From NCBI GenBank assembly GCA_965237955.1, contig OZ250169.1:5597888-5661887 (forward strand): a stretch of DNA of 64,000 nt. Reading direction: 5' to 3'. The position numbers and the translations under genes are program-made. This DNA comes from Candidatus Marinacidobacterales bacterium (GTDB lineage Bacteria > Acidobacteriota > Vicinamibacteria > Marinacidobacterales > SMYC01). Of the stretch, positions 1 to 10,383 are shown piece after piece. The notes beneath the pieces are model-generated. The model was not told the origin of the DNA. It did no database searches and saw only the letters and a list, made by a program, of their open reading frames with translations. Position 1 is the stretch's first letter. Every line of letters starts with the position of its first letter.

Positions 1-2
1 CC

Positions 3-536
3 TGGGCACTGCCCCTGGAACATGCTCAGGGATTTGCCAGACGCGAATCTGAACGTCACAACATTGAAATCCAGGTTGCCCAAACCGGTGAAGAAGCGGT
101 GACAGGAGCTGACATCATCTGTACCTGCACTTCAGCAAAACAGCCGGTTTTGTTCGGCAAGTGGCTCAAACCGGGGATGCATATTAATGCCATCGGCTCA
201 ACCATTCCGCACACCAGAGAACTGGACACGGAAGCGCTGGTGAAATGCAAAATGTTCGTCGATAGAAAAGAAGCCGCGCTCAACGAAGCCGGGGATTTCC
301 TGTTCCCGCAAAAAGAGGGGGCAGTGACTGAAGATCACATTAAAGGTGAAATCGGCGATGTCTTTCTCGGTAAAAATCCAGGCCGTGAATCAGCTGATGA
401 GATTACACTGTTCAAGTCCTTAGGCCTGGCAGTTGAAGATGTAGCCGCAGCATTTCACATCTACAACAAGGCAAAGGAAAAGGATATGGGCACCTGGACA
501 GAATTCGGAGGTGACCGCTTGCGCCTCTCCGAGTAG
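3..536 (+). CDS. Ornithine cyclodeaminase / mu-crystallin family protein, C-terminal part. The 5' end is cut by the window edge.
   Basis: The frame containing ORF 99..536 continues upstream without a stop, reading ...IEIQVAQTGEEAVTGADIICTCTSAKQPVLFGKWLKPGMHINAIGS..., which is typical of the OCD/mu-crystallin C-terminal Rossmann region. Composition is visibly AT-richer than the rest of the window. Confidence 0.6.
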   Translation, partial: WALPLEHAQGFARRESERHNIEIQVAQTGEEAVTGADIICTCTSAKQPVLFGKWLKPGMHINAIGSTIPHTRELDTEALVKCKMFVDRKEAALNEAGDFLFPQKEGAVTEDHIKGEIGDVFLGKNPGRESADEITLFKSLGLAVEDVAAAFHIYNKAKEKDMGTWTEFGGDRLRLSE

Positions 537-907
537 AAGCGCGTTCAACGCCTCGAGTCCTTGCGCGTGCAACCAACTCGTCAGCTTCGTCGTCGTCGTA
601 GCGATTCCTGCCACCATCGGCAACAGCATCTGGCATAGATGCCCAACTACACCGGGCTCCGAGCTTCCTTGTGCTTGATGTTGAGGCCGGCCAAGGAGCC
701 GCTGCTACTTCATTTTCAACGAACGGCATCTCGATCGGCGACCCCGCATCGTCCCAGCAAACAGCCATCGCCAAGATTGAGCTCAGGGCCGCATCCCACA
801 ATCGCAACAACAGCGGTGCAGTTGCCCATTAATGATCGCACTCAGTGTTCTCTTTGGAGCCCGCAATCATAGTCCCGAAGGAAGCACCTTCGGACTATTG
901 TCTACCA

Positions 908-3900
908 CTAGTTCTCGGGATTCGCGGATTTCTTTTTGCCTCTCCTATCTTCATAAGCCGGGCGGCTCGGCCGTACGGGTGGTTTTTCCGCGAGAAGTTT
1001 CACCGTCTCGTCAATGGCACGCTCGAGCTGGGGATCCGTACCCCTGGCCAGGAGGCCTGGGTCCTCCTTGACCTCGATATCGGGATCGACTCCGTGGCCT
1101 TCCTTGAACCATTCCCCCTCTGGATCGTACATCCGGAATGCGGGCACGCTGACGACGCCGCCGTCGATGAGTGCCGGCACTCCGGTCGTACCGATCAAGC
1201 CTCCATGCGTGCGGGAACCGATGAGAGGTCCTAATCCGGCTCTCCGGAAGAAGTCGGGGAATGCATCGCCTCCAGACCCACTCCAGCCGTTGATGAGCAT
1301 GACCTTGGGGCCGAAGTGACCGACCCGTGGCGACTGCCAGTCCCTGCCATCTCGTACCGCCCAAAAGGCGAGGGCTGGCCGGTTCAACAGCTCGATGAAC
1401 CGATCCGGGAGCTGACCACCGCTGTTGAACCGCTCGTCGATGATCAAACCCTCTTTGTGGAACTGAGTCACAAACTGACGCACCAGCTCGGCTTGCCCAT
1501 CACGCCCCGTACTCCGGACATAGATGTAGCCCACACGTCCGTTGGTCTTCTCCTCAACGCGCTTCCGGTTGGACTCGATCCAAGCAAGATGTCGCAAGCG
1601 AGTCTCGTCCGGGAGCGCGCGTAGGATCACCTTCCGCGCACCTTCCGGGGTAGGACGGTCGTTGACGGTGAGCTCGATGGTCTTGTCTGCCAGACCCTGA
1701 AAAGCAGCCCAGGGATCTTCCGATATATCCAGAGGGATGCCATTGACAGCGAGGATGTAGTCGCCTTCCTTGACGTTCACGCCCGGCAGTACCAAGGGTG
1801 ACCGAACCTCGCTATCCCAATCGGCACCGTTGATGATTTCCTGAATCCGGTAAAAGCCTTCGTGAACTTCCCAGTCGACGCCCAGATAGCCGACACCCAT
1901 CGTCGACGGTGCTTCGAGATCGCCGCCGCTACGGTACGTGTGTGAAGAGTTCAACTCGGCGATGAGCTCACCAATGACGTAGTTGAGGTCCCACCGGGTC
2001 ACGACGTCGCGCAGGAGAGTAGCGTAGCGCTCTCGCATGGTCTCCCAGTCGACCCCGTGCATGCCTTCATCGTAGAAGAAGTCGCGATACAGACGCCAAG
2101 CTTCATTGAAGATTTGCTTCCATTCGGCCTCAGGGTCCAGGGCCATCTCGAGCTCTGCCGTGCGAAGCTTCTTCTCCATATTCTGGTCTTGTTGCAAGTC
2201 GACGATTGAAAAATCCCGATCTTTCCACGCCAGGATTTTCTGTCGATCGGCGGAGAGACGGTAGCCATCGATGTCTCCCAAAACGGTCTTCTCTTCACGC
2301 TCCTCGAGATCGTAGAAGACGAGGGCGCTCTTCGCCTCTGGGCCCATGCCTGTAAGTGGCCGTTTCCGGTAGAGTATTTTCCCGGGAGCCGCTTCGAGCG
2401 TATCGTAGTTCCCGGCCTGCGGTGGCAGCGCCACCGCCCGTTGTTCGAAACCGTCGATGAGGATCTCGACGGGCTGAGCCTCTTTCTCTTCGGACTCGTC
2501 TTTCTCATCCTCTAGCTCGTCTTCATCGCTTCGCGGTGCTACTGGCGAGAGAATGTCGGGCTTGAGGGAGACGGCCATGATATTCGTCGAATTGGCGTAG
2601 ATGAATGAGTTGTCCAGATCGCTGTAGCTGGGCCTGAACGTCCGACCGGAGAGGAAATAGAGGTATTTTCCGTCGGGGTCGAAGACCGGTTGCCGGTCGT
2701 CGTAATAACCCGATGTGACCTGATGGCGCTCCCCTGTGTTTGTGTCGAAGAGATAAACGGCGTGCGTGCGGTTGTCCTGCCCCCGGGCGTAGGCGAGCCA
2801 GCGGCTATCTGGCGACCACCCGACCTTGAAATTGTCGAGGGAAGGCTGGTACATCCAGAGGCCCTTATCCACTTGGACCGTCTGGTTCTCTACGAATTCG
2901 TAGACGAAAATGGCCATGCTCTTGTCGACAAAAGCGAGCTTCTTGCTGTCCGGCGACCAGTGGATCTGATATCGGTACCCGGGGCCGTAGGAAGTGAGTT
3001 TGCGAGCTTCGGATCCGTCCTTCGCGTTGAAGACAGCGAGCTCGTACTCTCCAGAGCGGTCGCTCCAGTAGGCCACGTACTTTCCATCGGGGGACCAGGC
3101 AGGGTTGCGTTCCGCAGCGCCCGCGCTCCTCGTGAGGTTCCGGATGGGACCGTGCTCAGCGGGCACAGAGAAGATCTCACCCCTGGCTTCGAACAGAGCT
3201 CTTTTACCCTTAGGAGAAATCTGCGCGTTCTGAATGAGATTGGCCGCGTTGACCATGCGCGGCTTGAGGGTTGATTGATCCGTCACCACTTCGATGTCGA
3301 CAGGCCGCATCTCTTCGTTTTCCAGGTCGAGAAGGTAGAGCCGTCCTCCGGCCTCGAAAACCATGTCGGATGGGCCGATGGCCGGAAAATGAATGTCGAA
3401 GTCCTCCAAACGAGTGACCTGCCGAGTTTCCTTCGAATCCAGGTTGTGGGCCCAAATGTTGTACCTCTGATTCGGGCCCCGGTCGGACAGGAAGTAGACG
3501 GTTCTCCCATGCCACATGGCGTGGGCATCGTTGGCCGGGTCGTCAGTCATGTTGGTCGCGGTGAGCTCCTCCAGGTCGAATAACCAGATGTCGGGTGCTG
3601 CCCCGCCCCGGTAGCGTCTCCAGTTGCGGAAATCCCTGGAGATGGGCACAAAGGCCAGGGTTGTACCGTCGGGCGATAGAGATCCGAACTCACCATACGG
3701 TACCGGCAAGCGTTGCGGAAGACCCCCTTCCGCTGACGTGCGAAAGAACTGGTTGAAGCGCCGCCGGCCGCTCGTCATCCGCGACGCATAGAGAATGCTC
3801 TTCCCACCGGGAGTCCAATCCACCATTCGGTCCGTGATGCCGTGGTGCGTCAGCCGTTTCAAAGAGCCGCCCATGGCCGGTATGACGTAAATATCGGAAT

Positions 3901-4186
3901 TACCATCATAGTTTCCGCTAAACGCTATCTGGGATCCGTCCGGTGAGAACCGGGGAAAGGATTCCTCTCCTTTTGGCGAGCTGAGGATATAAGCGAGCCC
4001 GCCCGCTTTATCGACGACCCAGATATCCCCCGCATAAACAAAGCAGATATGGCTTTGGGAAACGTCGGGGTATCGGAGCATCCGCCCGTCCACCTGTCCG
4101 AAGAGCACGCTTGCACTGCAAGCCGTAGCGACCGTCATCAGGATCACCATGGATGTCCTCATGATTTTCTCCTCCTGCGAAAGCAA
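908..4186 (-). CDS. Tricorn protease homolog: a peptidase S41 with TolB-like beta-propellers and a PDZ domain.
   Basis: The 1092-aa product has an N-terminal signal peptide. It carries repeated WD40/TolB-like propeller signatures (SPDG, FSPDG, WSPDG), a PDZ region, and a C-terminal S41 catalytic region (FNSGGQ ... GWSGSGGDAF), the canonical tricorn architecture. Confidence 0.8.
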   Translation of the reverse strand: MLSQEEKIMRTSMVILMTVATACSASVLFGQVDGRMLRYPDVSQSHICFVYAGDIWVVDKAGGLAYILSSPKGEESFPRFSPDGSQIAFSGNYDGNSDIYVIPAMGGSLKRLTHHGITDRMVDWTPGGKSILYASRMTSGRRRFNQFFRTSAEGGLPQRLPVPYGEFGSLSPDGTTLAFVPISRDFRNWRRYRGGAAPDIWLFDLEELTATNMTDDPANDAHAMWHGRTVYFLSDRGPNQRYNIWAHNLDSKETRQVTRLEDFDIHFPAIGPSDMVFEAGGRLYLLDLENEEMRPVDIEVVTDQSTLKPRMVNAANLIQNAQISPKGKRALFEARGEIFSVPAEHGPIRNLTRSAGAAERNPAWSPDGKYVAYWSDRSGEYELAVFNAKDGSEARKLTSYGPGYRYQIHWSPDSKKLAFVDKSMAIFVYEFVENQTVQVDKGLWMYQPSLDNFKVGWSPDSRWLAYARGQDNRTHAVYLFDTNTGERHQVTSGYYDDRQPVFDPDGKYLYFLSGRTFRPSYSDLDNSFIYANSTNIMAVSLKPDILSPVAPRSDEDELEDEKDESEEKEAQPVEILIDGFEQRAVALPPQAGNYDTLEAAPGKILYRKRPLTGMGPEAKSALVFYDLEEREEKTVLGDIDGYRLSADRQKILAWKDRDFSIVDLQQDQNMEKKLRTAELEMALDPEAEWKQIFNEAWRLYRDFFYDEGMHGVDWETMRERYATLLRDVVTRWDLNYVIGELIAELNSSHTYRSGGDLEAPSTMGVGYLGVDWEVHEGFYRIQEIINGADWDSEVRSPLVLPGVNVKEGDYILAVNGIPLDISEDPWAAFQGLADKTIELTVNDRPTPEGARKVILRALPDETRLRHLAWIESNRKRVEEKTNGRVGYIYVRSTGRDGQAELVRQFVTQFHKEGLIIDERFNSGGQLPDRFIELLNRPALAFWAVRDGRDWQSPRVGHFGPKVMLINGWSGSGGDAFPDFFRRAGLGPLIGSRTHGGLIGTTGVPALIDGGVVSVPAFRMYDPEGEWFKEGHGVDPDIEVKEDPGLLARGTDPQLERAIDETVKLLAEKPPVRPSRPAYEDRRGKKKSANPEN

Positions 4187-4651
4187 AAAAGTTCCACTCT
4201 GTACTCTAGAGCTCGGTTGCGCTCGTCAGAACGCGCATAGAATTACCACAAAAGATTGAGCATAGAAAAGAGGAGCCCAACGGCGGGGTTCGTCTCGTCG
4301 ATTAGCTGGTTGGCGGTGTGAGCCGTAGCTCGGATTCTATCAACCGGTCCCCAAGTACCGTCGTTCCTAGAACTACTTGAGCAATCGCTGACTCGGTAGT
4401 ACCTTCCCCATGATGTATGGTCCTTTTCGGCCCCATGACGGGGGCGGGTTTGAGCTCAGGGAACCATGCATCTTTTTCTTTGACAGGAATCTTGAGACAT
4501 CATCCGGCCGAGTCATTAACCTCGATTCTCTCACTGAAGCTCGCTATTTCGCCCGTATGTTCGTCATGGTTCGGAGTGGAGAAAGTTCAATCAAGTCGGA
4601 GTTATTCAAAAAGGCTCAGGCCATAACCGAAAATAAGACAGGGAGGATTCA

Positions 4652-7600
4652 ATGAAGGCGAATGTGCGAACACGGAGTGTTTTCTTAGGAGTTCTGCTTT
4701 CATCTTCCACATTTTTCGCAGCAAACGCGAGCGGAGAACAGGCCGCATCTCGGATGGACCGTGTCAAGCCGGCTGTTGATCCTGCTCTCTACCAGGCCAT
4801 GGAGTACCGCTCGATTGGTCCTTCCAGGGGAGGCCGTTCTCCGGCAGTAGCAGGCGTTCGCGGAAAACTCTTCACTTTTTATATGGGAACGTCTGGTGGT
4901 GGAGTCTGGAAGACTACGGATGCTGGAGAAACATGGGTTAACATTTCAGATGGCTATTTCGATTGTTCATCCATTGGCTCGATCGCCGTGGCAAACTCTG
5001 ATCCGAATGTTATCTACGTTGGAACGGGTGAGCCGAACCTGCGCGGTGATGTGCAGACAGGAGTAGGAGTTTATAAGTCTGGGGATGCAGGGAAAACCTG
5101 GAAGCACATTGGCTTGGAGGACACGAGGCATATTGGCCGGATTCGCATTCATCCCCAAAAGCCTGACCTCGTCTATGTGGCTGCCTTAGGGCATGCGTTT
5201 GGTCCCAATGAAGAGAGGGGAGTCTATCGTTCCAAAGATGGTGGAGACACCTGGGAAAAGGTGCTTTACGTAAGCGATCGATCCGGAGCGGTTGACCTGG
5301 CTATGGATGTCAACAACCCGCGCAATCTCTATGCCGGATTCTGGCAAGTCATCCGTAAGCCCTGGATACTGATCAGCGGTGGTGAGGAAAGCGGATTTCT
5401 CTATAAGAGCACGGACGGCGGTGATACCTGGTCAGAACTCAAAGACGGTCTTCCGAAAGGTGTCAAAGGGAGGATCGGTGTTGATGTTTCGCCCGTCAAT
5501 TCAGAAAGGGTCTATGTCAAAATAGAAGCCAAGGACGGCGGAGTGTATCGATCCGACAATGGAGGCAAAACGTTTGTTCATGTAAACAAAGAGTATAAAG
5601 TTCGAGATCGACCGTTCTACTACACACATATTTTTGCCGATCCGGTCGATGAAGACACGGTCTATGTACTGACCAGGAATTTCAGCAAGTCAGTGGATGG
5701 GGGAAAAACCTATGGAACGATCGGGCTTCCGCATGGGGATGCCCATGACCTCTGGATCAACCCCGATCATCCGAATATCTGGATCAATGGGAATGACGGA
5801 GGAGCAACAATATCGCTTAACAGTGGTGAAACCTGGTCCACCCAAATGAATCAGACGACGGCGGAGTTCTACCGTGTTACCACGGATAATCAATTCCTCT
5901 ACCGGGTCTATGGCTGTCAACAGGATAACTCCTCGATTTCTGTCCCCAGCACAAAACCCGGCAGGCGATCACTTCCAGATATGTACTCAGTTGGAGGTGG
6001 GGAGCAGGGATACGTTGCGGTAGATCCGAGAGACTCGAACATCGTCTATGCCACGGAGCACACAGGGATCATCACAAGATACGATCACCAAACCGGTCAA
6101 ACCAGAGAGCTCAGGACCTACCCAGAGCTTCCGGAAGGGTTAGCGGCCGCGGAGCTGAAATACCGATTCCAGATGAACGCTCCCGTCCGCGTCTCACCTC
6201 ATGATCCCAACGTGCTCTATCATGTTTCTCAGCACGTCCACAGATCAACCAACGAAGGCCAGAGCTGGGAGATCATCAGCCCTGACCTGACTCGAAACGA
6301 CAAGAGCAAGCAGAAGCACACGGGCGGTCCGATTACTCTGGACCACACCGGTCCGGAAGTCTATGGCACTATCTTTGCCTTTGAGGAATCTCCGCGTGCG
6401 CCTGGGCTACTTTGGGCAGGCACAGACGATGGTCTTGTGCATTTTTCTCGTGACGGAGGCGCCAATTGGGAGAACGTCACCCCGGAGGGAATGCCTGAAT
6501 GGGGAACGGTAAACGCGATCGAGCCTTCTGCCCACGATCCAGGCCGGGCTTTTGTAGTGGTGCACAAGTACCGCGAAGACGATTTTACGCCTTACATTTT
6601 CAGAACCAATGATTACGGCAAGAACTGGTCTCTAATAACGGCGAACAACGGTATTCCCTCCAACCACTTTGTCAGGGTTGTTCGTGAGGATCCTGACCGT
6701 AAAGGGCTCCTTTATGCCGGCACTGAGTTCGGCATGCATATTTCCTTCGATGATGGAAACACTTGGCAGTCTTTTCAATTGAATCTGCCTGTCGTTCAGA
6801 TCGCCGATATGGTGATCAAGGAGCAAGATCTCGTTGTTGCGACCCACGGCCGCTCATTCTGGATTCTTGATGATCTCACGCCACTTCATCAGATAACCGA
6901 GGAAGTAGCAAAGTCAGCGGCTTTTCTTTTTACGCCCAAGGATGCATACCGTGTAGAAGGGCGCGGCATGGAGGGAGCAAGAGTATTTTATTACCTGGCC
7001 AGTGAGCCAGAAGGAGAGGTCAAACTGGAATTCCTGGATTCCGACGACAACCTAATCCAAACGTTCTCGAGCGAAGACGAAACGGCCATAACGGCAACGG
7101 CTGGCACGAATCGTTTTGTTTGGGATTTGCGCTACCCAGGAGCCAACCTTGTGCCGGACACCAGTTTTTTCGATGGAAACGAGGGCCCGAGAGCGGTTCC
7201 TGGAACTTACAAGGTCAGGATCACCACGGGACAGTGGACACAGACCGAGTCTTTTGAGCTAAAAAAGGACCCGCGCCTTCCGACGACTCAAGAAGATTTT
7301 CAAAAACAGTTTGATCTAGCCATCGAGATTCGAGACAAGCTGACGGAGCTCAACAACGCTATCAGGAGGATCCGATATGTGCGTCATCAGGTGGGGAACC
7401 TAGCAGGCACGTTGAAAGAGGCTGGGTATGGAAATGAGATCGCCCAGGCGTCCGATGAGCTGAGCGAGAAACTCACGTCGGTCGAACAGCAGCTGATACA
7501 AACAGAGTACGAGAAGGGTGCCGATATGATGATCAATGTTCCGCCCCAGTTGGATACTCGCTTCTCTTATGTCTTAGGAGTTGTCCTCGGTGCAGAGGCT

Positions 7601-7762
7601 CGGCCAACGGACGGTTCCTACGAGAGTTTTGAGGATCTTGAACGAAAACTCGCGGAGCATCTTGACAAACTCCAGGAGATTCTTGATGAAGACGTAGTCG
7701 CCTTCAATGAGATCGTTCAGGCGGAGAATATTCCACCAATTATGATGCCGACAAAGAAATAG
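4652..7762 (+). CDS. Secreted BNR/Asp-box repeat protein, sortilin/VPS10-like.
   Basis: Signal peptide, then at least 9 Asp-box motifs (STDGGDTW, SKDGGDTW, SDNGGKTF, SVDGGKTY, SLNSGETW, STNEGQSW, SRDGGANW, TNDYGKNW, FDDGNTW) across a 1036-aa protein. Confidence 0.7.
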   Translation: MKANVRTRSVFLGVLLSSSTFFAANASGEQAASRMDRVKPAVDPALYQAMEYRSIGPSRGGRSPAVAGVRGKLFTFYMGTSGGGVWKTTDAGETWVNISDGYFDCSSIGSIAVANSDPNVIYVGTGEPNLRGDVQTGVGVYKSGDAGKTWKHIGLEDTRHIGRIRIHPQKPDLVYVAALGHAFGPNEERGVYRSKDGGDTWEKVLYVSDRSGAVDLAMDVNNPRNLYAGFWQVIRKPWILISGGEESGFLYKSTDGGDTWSELKDGLPKGVKGRIGVDVSPVNSERVYVKIEAKDGGVYRSDNGGKTFVHVNKEYKVRDRPFYYTHIFADPVDEDTVYVLTRNFSKSVDGGKTYGTIGLPHGDAHDLWINPDHPNIWINGNDGGATISLNSGETWSTQMNQTTAEFYRVTTDNQFLYRVYGCQQDNSSISVPSTKPGRRSLPDMYSVGGGEQGYVAVDPRDSNIVYATEHTGIITRYDHQTGQTRELRTYPELPEGLAAAELKYRFQMNAPVRVSPHDPNVLYHVSQHVHRSTNEGQSWEIISPDLTRNDKSKQKHTGGPITLDHTGPEVYGTIFAFEESPRAPGLLWAGTDDGLVHFSRDGGANWENVTPEGMPEWGTVNAIEPSAHDPGRAFVVVHKYREDDFTPYIFRTNDYGKNWSLITANNGIPSNHFVRVVREDPDRKGLLYAGTEFGMHISFDDGNTWQSFQLNLPVVQIADMVIKEQDLVVATHGRSFWILDDLTPLHQITEEVAKSAAFLFTPKDAYRVEGRGMEGARVFYYLASEPEGEVKLEFLDSDDNLIQTFSSEDETAITATAGTNRFVWDLRYPGANLVPDTSFFDGNEGPRAVPGTYKVRITTGQWTQTESFELKKDPRLPTTQEDFQKQFDLAIEIRDKLTELNNAIRRIRYVRHQVGNLAGTLKEAGYGNEIAQASDELSEKLTSVEQQLIQTEYEKGADMMINVPPQLDTRFSYVLGVVLGAEARPTDGSYESFEDLERKLAEHLDKLQEILDEDVVAFNEIVQAENIPPIMMPTKK

Positions 7763-7790
7763 CCCTATCCTGAACGATCGGTCGCCGCGC

Positions 7791-8996
7791 CTATAGCAGC
7801 TCGAACTTCTGGAGGCGCCGCTGCATATGCACTTCGCCGGTGTAGATGTTGCCTTTGGAGTCCACGGCGAATTTGTGCAGCCAGTGAAACTCACCAGCGC
7901 CGCGGCCTCGGCGGCCGAAGGAGTCGAGAACTTCCATGTCGCTTCGTCGCAGGACCCAGACCAGCTGGCTGTTCCCATCGGCGACATAGAGAAAGGTCTG
8001 CTCCTCATCTGTTGAAAAATCAATATCCCAGACGGTTCCGTTCGCGGACCCACGCCGGGTCTCTGGCATGATGAAATGCTCTTCCACGTAGGTGCCATCC
8101 TTCTGGAAGATCTGGATACGGCTGTTACCACGATCCGCTACATACACGAGTCCGTCCTTGGAGATTAGAATCGCGTGCACAGAATCGGTGTAGTGCTCTG
8201 TGACGGGAGCGTCCAGATCGTACCGGAGTATCGGGGCTTCGTCTGGCACTTTGCCGTAAGCGGCCCAATGCCGCTTGTACTCCGCGGTCTCCGCATCGAA
8301 CACGATCACGCGCTTGTTCAAGTAGCCGTCGGCAACGAAGACCTCGTTCGTCTCGGGATCGACTGCGATGTCTGCCGGGTGTCCCAGGAACTCCGTGCTG
8401 TTGTTGCCACCGGTCCTGCCCGCCTTGCCGATCTGCATGAGGAACTTGCCGTCATTCGTGAATTTCAGCACGAAGTGATCGCGGCACCGCGGGTTGCCCT
8501 CCCCGTGTACTTTGTGGTCCAACAAGGTGACTGGGTCGCCGATGCCTTCGCCGCCGACCCAGACGTTGTCGTTGTGGTCGACGAAGATGCCGTGCTCGGT
8601 GCCGGGCCAATCGTAGCCCTCCCCCGGGCCACCCCAAGAGTCGAGAAGGTTGCCCTCCGCATCGAATACCAGGACCGGAGGAGCTGGCCTGCAGCACAGC
8701 GACATGGGCGGATCTTGCATCAAGCCGAGCTCGCTCCGAGTCAGGCTTCCGGGCCGCTGAAGGGCAAAGATTCGGTCCTGCGAGTCGACCGCTACCCCGG
8801 CTATTCGCCCTATGAGCCACTCGTCCGGCAGCGTCTTCGGCCAGAAAGGATCGACTTGGAACTGCGGGGTGCCGGTTCCATCGTTACTGGAAGTTGTTGC
8901 TTCCTCGGTCACCGATTTCGCCGGCTGGCTGCATCCGATTGCCGCCACGTATACGAGTACTGCTGCGGCTCGGTAAAACAATTGCGTGAGGTTCAT
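7791..8996 (-). CDS. NHL-repeat beta-propeller lipoprotein, peptidylglycine alpha-amidating lyase-like.
   Basis: Lipoprotein signal (AAIGCSQP). Repeated NHL-like blades are present (FVADGYLNKRVIVFD, VYVADRGNSRIQIF, LYVADGNSQLVWV, NIYTGEVHMQRRLQKF). Confidence 0.6.
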   Translation of the reverse strand: MNLTQLFYRAAAVLVYVAAIGCSQPAKSVTEEATTSSNDGTGTPQFQVDPFWPKTLPDEWLIGRIAGVAVDSQDRIFALQRPGSLTRSELGLMQDPPMSLCCRPAPPVLVFDAEGNLLDSWGGPGEGYDWPGTEHGIFVDHNDNVWVGGEGIGDPVTLLDHKVHGEGNPRCRDHFVLKFTNDGKFLMQIGKAGRTGGNNSTEFLGHPADIAVDPETNEVFVADGYLNKRVIVFDAETAEYKRHWAAYGKVPDEAPILRYDLDAPVTEHYTDSVHAILISKDGLVYVADRGNSRIQIFQKDGTYVEEHFIMPETRRGSANGTVWDIDFSTDEEQTFLYVADGNSQLVWVLRRSDMEVLDSFGRRGRGAGEFHWLHKFAVDSKGNIYTGEVHMQRRLQKFELL

Positions 8997-9133
8997 ACAA
9001 TAGGCTCCTAATTTGCGATCGACCTAGCGAACGCGGAGGGCATTTTATCCAGGTGCGAGGTGCGGCACAAGCGGGAAAAAGAGTGAGCTCGAAGCAGCCA
9101 AGAGCTCACAGCATCAAGACTTCCGTAGTCCAA

Positions 9134-9291
9134 GGGCCCGCGCAAGAATAACTACCCATTTTTGGACGCCGATCCATCCCGTCTGGCTGCGTTGCTCGTT
9201 GGTCATATATCTAGATATTATTCACTTCTCGCGCCTTGCCATACGGGCGCCTCGACGCCCAAAAATGGGCATTTATTCTTGCGCGGGACCC
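9134..9291. repeat. 158-bp symmetric imperfect palindrome with roughly 32-bp arms and a central ATATCTAGATAT core. It could be a MITE-like element or a regulatory hairpin.
   Basis: 9134-9165 (gggcccgcgcaagaataactacccatttttgg) is the near reverse complement of 9258-9291 (cccaaaaatgggcatttattcttgcgcgggaccc). The 12-bp perfect palindrome at 9207-9218 sits exactly on the symmetry centre. Confidence 0.5.
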
Positions 9292-9350
9292 TAAGACCTA
9301 CCCCTCGGGCCTGATCTCTCCGAAGCTCGGGACATCGAGGATAGACATCA

Positions 9351-10373
9351 TCAGGCCTCTTCGCCTGCCAGGTCGAGGTAGTGGTAGTAGTCCAAACCCT
9401 GCTTCTGCATCGCACGGCGGTAGTTGATTGCGAGCGCATCGAACTTCAGGTGCAGCTCGTCGGACAAATCGAACGGAACCTGCTCGGGACGTTGTGACTC
9501 AACGACTCGCTTGTCCTGGTCAAAGATGACCTTCTCGAAATCCTGCAACATGCTGTCGGGCTGGTCGAAATCGTAGTTTCGGCCGATGATGCAGTAGCCC
9601 CTGCACCGTTTCTCGCCGATCGGTTGGGAGGCGAAGAAGTAGACCATCCCTTGTGTGCCACCCCATCCCAGCCGTAGCGCGATTGTATAAGGCAGGTGAA
9701 GCTCATAGCGGCAATGTCGTTCCGGCTTTCCGACCTCTTCGTTGGCGAAGACGGGGAACTCAGTCGTGTTGGCCGCTTCGGCGCGGACCACCGCGTAGTG
9801 CAACACATGCCCGCGGGTCTCTACATCGTACTCGGGTACGAGCGGACGCTCCGGGTCGCCCAAGAGCCCCGGGTGGACCCAAGGGAAATGGCCGAAGTCG
9901 GTGAAATTCTCGACCTGCCGGGAGGCGTCGCTCTGCCAGTCGAACGGGCCGGTGAGAACGACTTTCCACTCGTCGTCTTCCAACTCGGGCAACTCGGGCA
10001 ACGGAAACATCGGGTCTCTGAGAGCAACCCAGATAAGCCCGTAGCGTTCCAAGGCCCGGTAGCAGGGAACCCGTGCCTTGGGCGGAATCCGGGCATCGGC
10101 TTGTTGCGGAATCTTGACGCATGCGCCCTCGGCGTCGTAGTGCCAGGCGTGGTACGCGCACACCAGACAGTCATCCTCGAGCGAGCCCAGGGAGAGAGCG
10201 GTGCCACGGTGGATACATAGATCCTGCATCACATGGGGCACACCGTCTGCTGTCCGCCACACGACGATGGCTTCGTCCAACAGCGTCGACCCGTAAGGGG
10301 CGTCCTGAGGTACTTCATGAGCGTACGCAACCGGATGCCAGCAGTGAAACAGTTTCTCGGAGAACTTGGACAT
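9351..10373 (-). CDS. Rieske [2Fe-2S] non-heme iron oxygenase of the PaO/Tic55/choline-monooxygenase-like family.
   Basis: Rieske motif CIHRGTAL...CAYHAWHY, plus the mononuclear-iron motif ENFTDFGHFPWVHPG (E/D-x3-D-x2-H-x4-H). Confidence 0.75.
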   Translation of the reverse strand: MSKFSEKLFHCWHPVAYAHEVPQDAPYGSTLLDEAIVVWRTADGVPHVMQDLCIHRGTALSLGSLEDDCLVCAYHAWHYDAEGACVKIPQQADARIPPKARVPCYRALERYGLIWVALRDPMFPLPELPELEDDEWKVVLTGPFDWQSDASRQVENFTDFGHFPWVHPGLLGDPERPLVPEYDVETRGHVLHYAVVRAEAANTTEFPVFANEEVGKPERHCRYELHLPYTIALRLGWGGTQGMVYFFASQPIGEKRCRGYCIIGRNYDFDQPDSMLQDFEKVIFDQDKRVVESQRPEQVPFDLSDELHLKFDALAINYRRAMQKQGLDYYHYLDLAGEEA

Positions 10374-10383
10374 CCTTCCCTAC

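Noticed and set aside
412-810. A 132-aa minus-strand ORF in the first kilobase, plus ORFs 639..872 and 845..1234.
   Set aside because: They overlap the better-supported OCD gene and tricorn 3' end, or lie in the non-coding gap. Translations are low-complexity, and no homology was recognised.
2690-3274. Long antisense and off-frame ORFs inside large genes, for example 2690..3274, 8175..9011, 9696..10220, 20153..20884, 28606..30126, 30145..30957, 30957..32027, 31259..32041, 32277..33014, 39528..40139, 53661..54998 and 61033..61857.
   Set aside because: They sit wholly inside better-supported genes on the opposite strand or in another frame. They have Arg/Ala/Gly/Pro-rich low-complexity translations typical of spurious ORFs in high-GC DNA, and they match no protein family.
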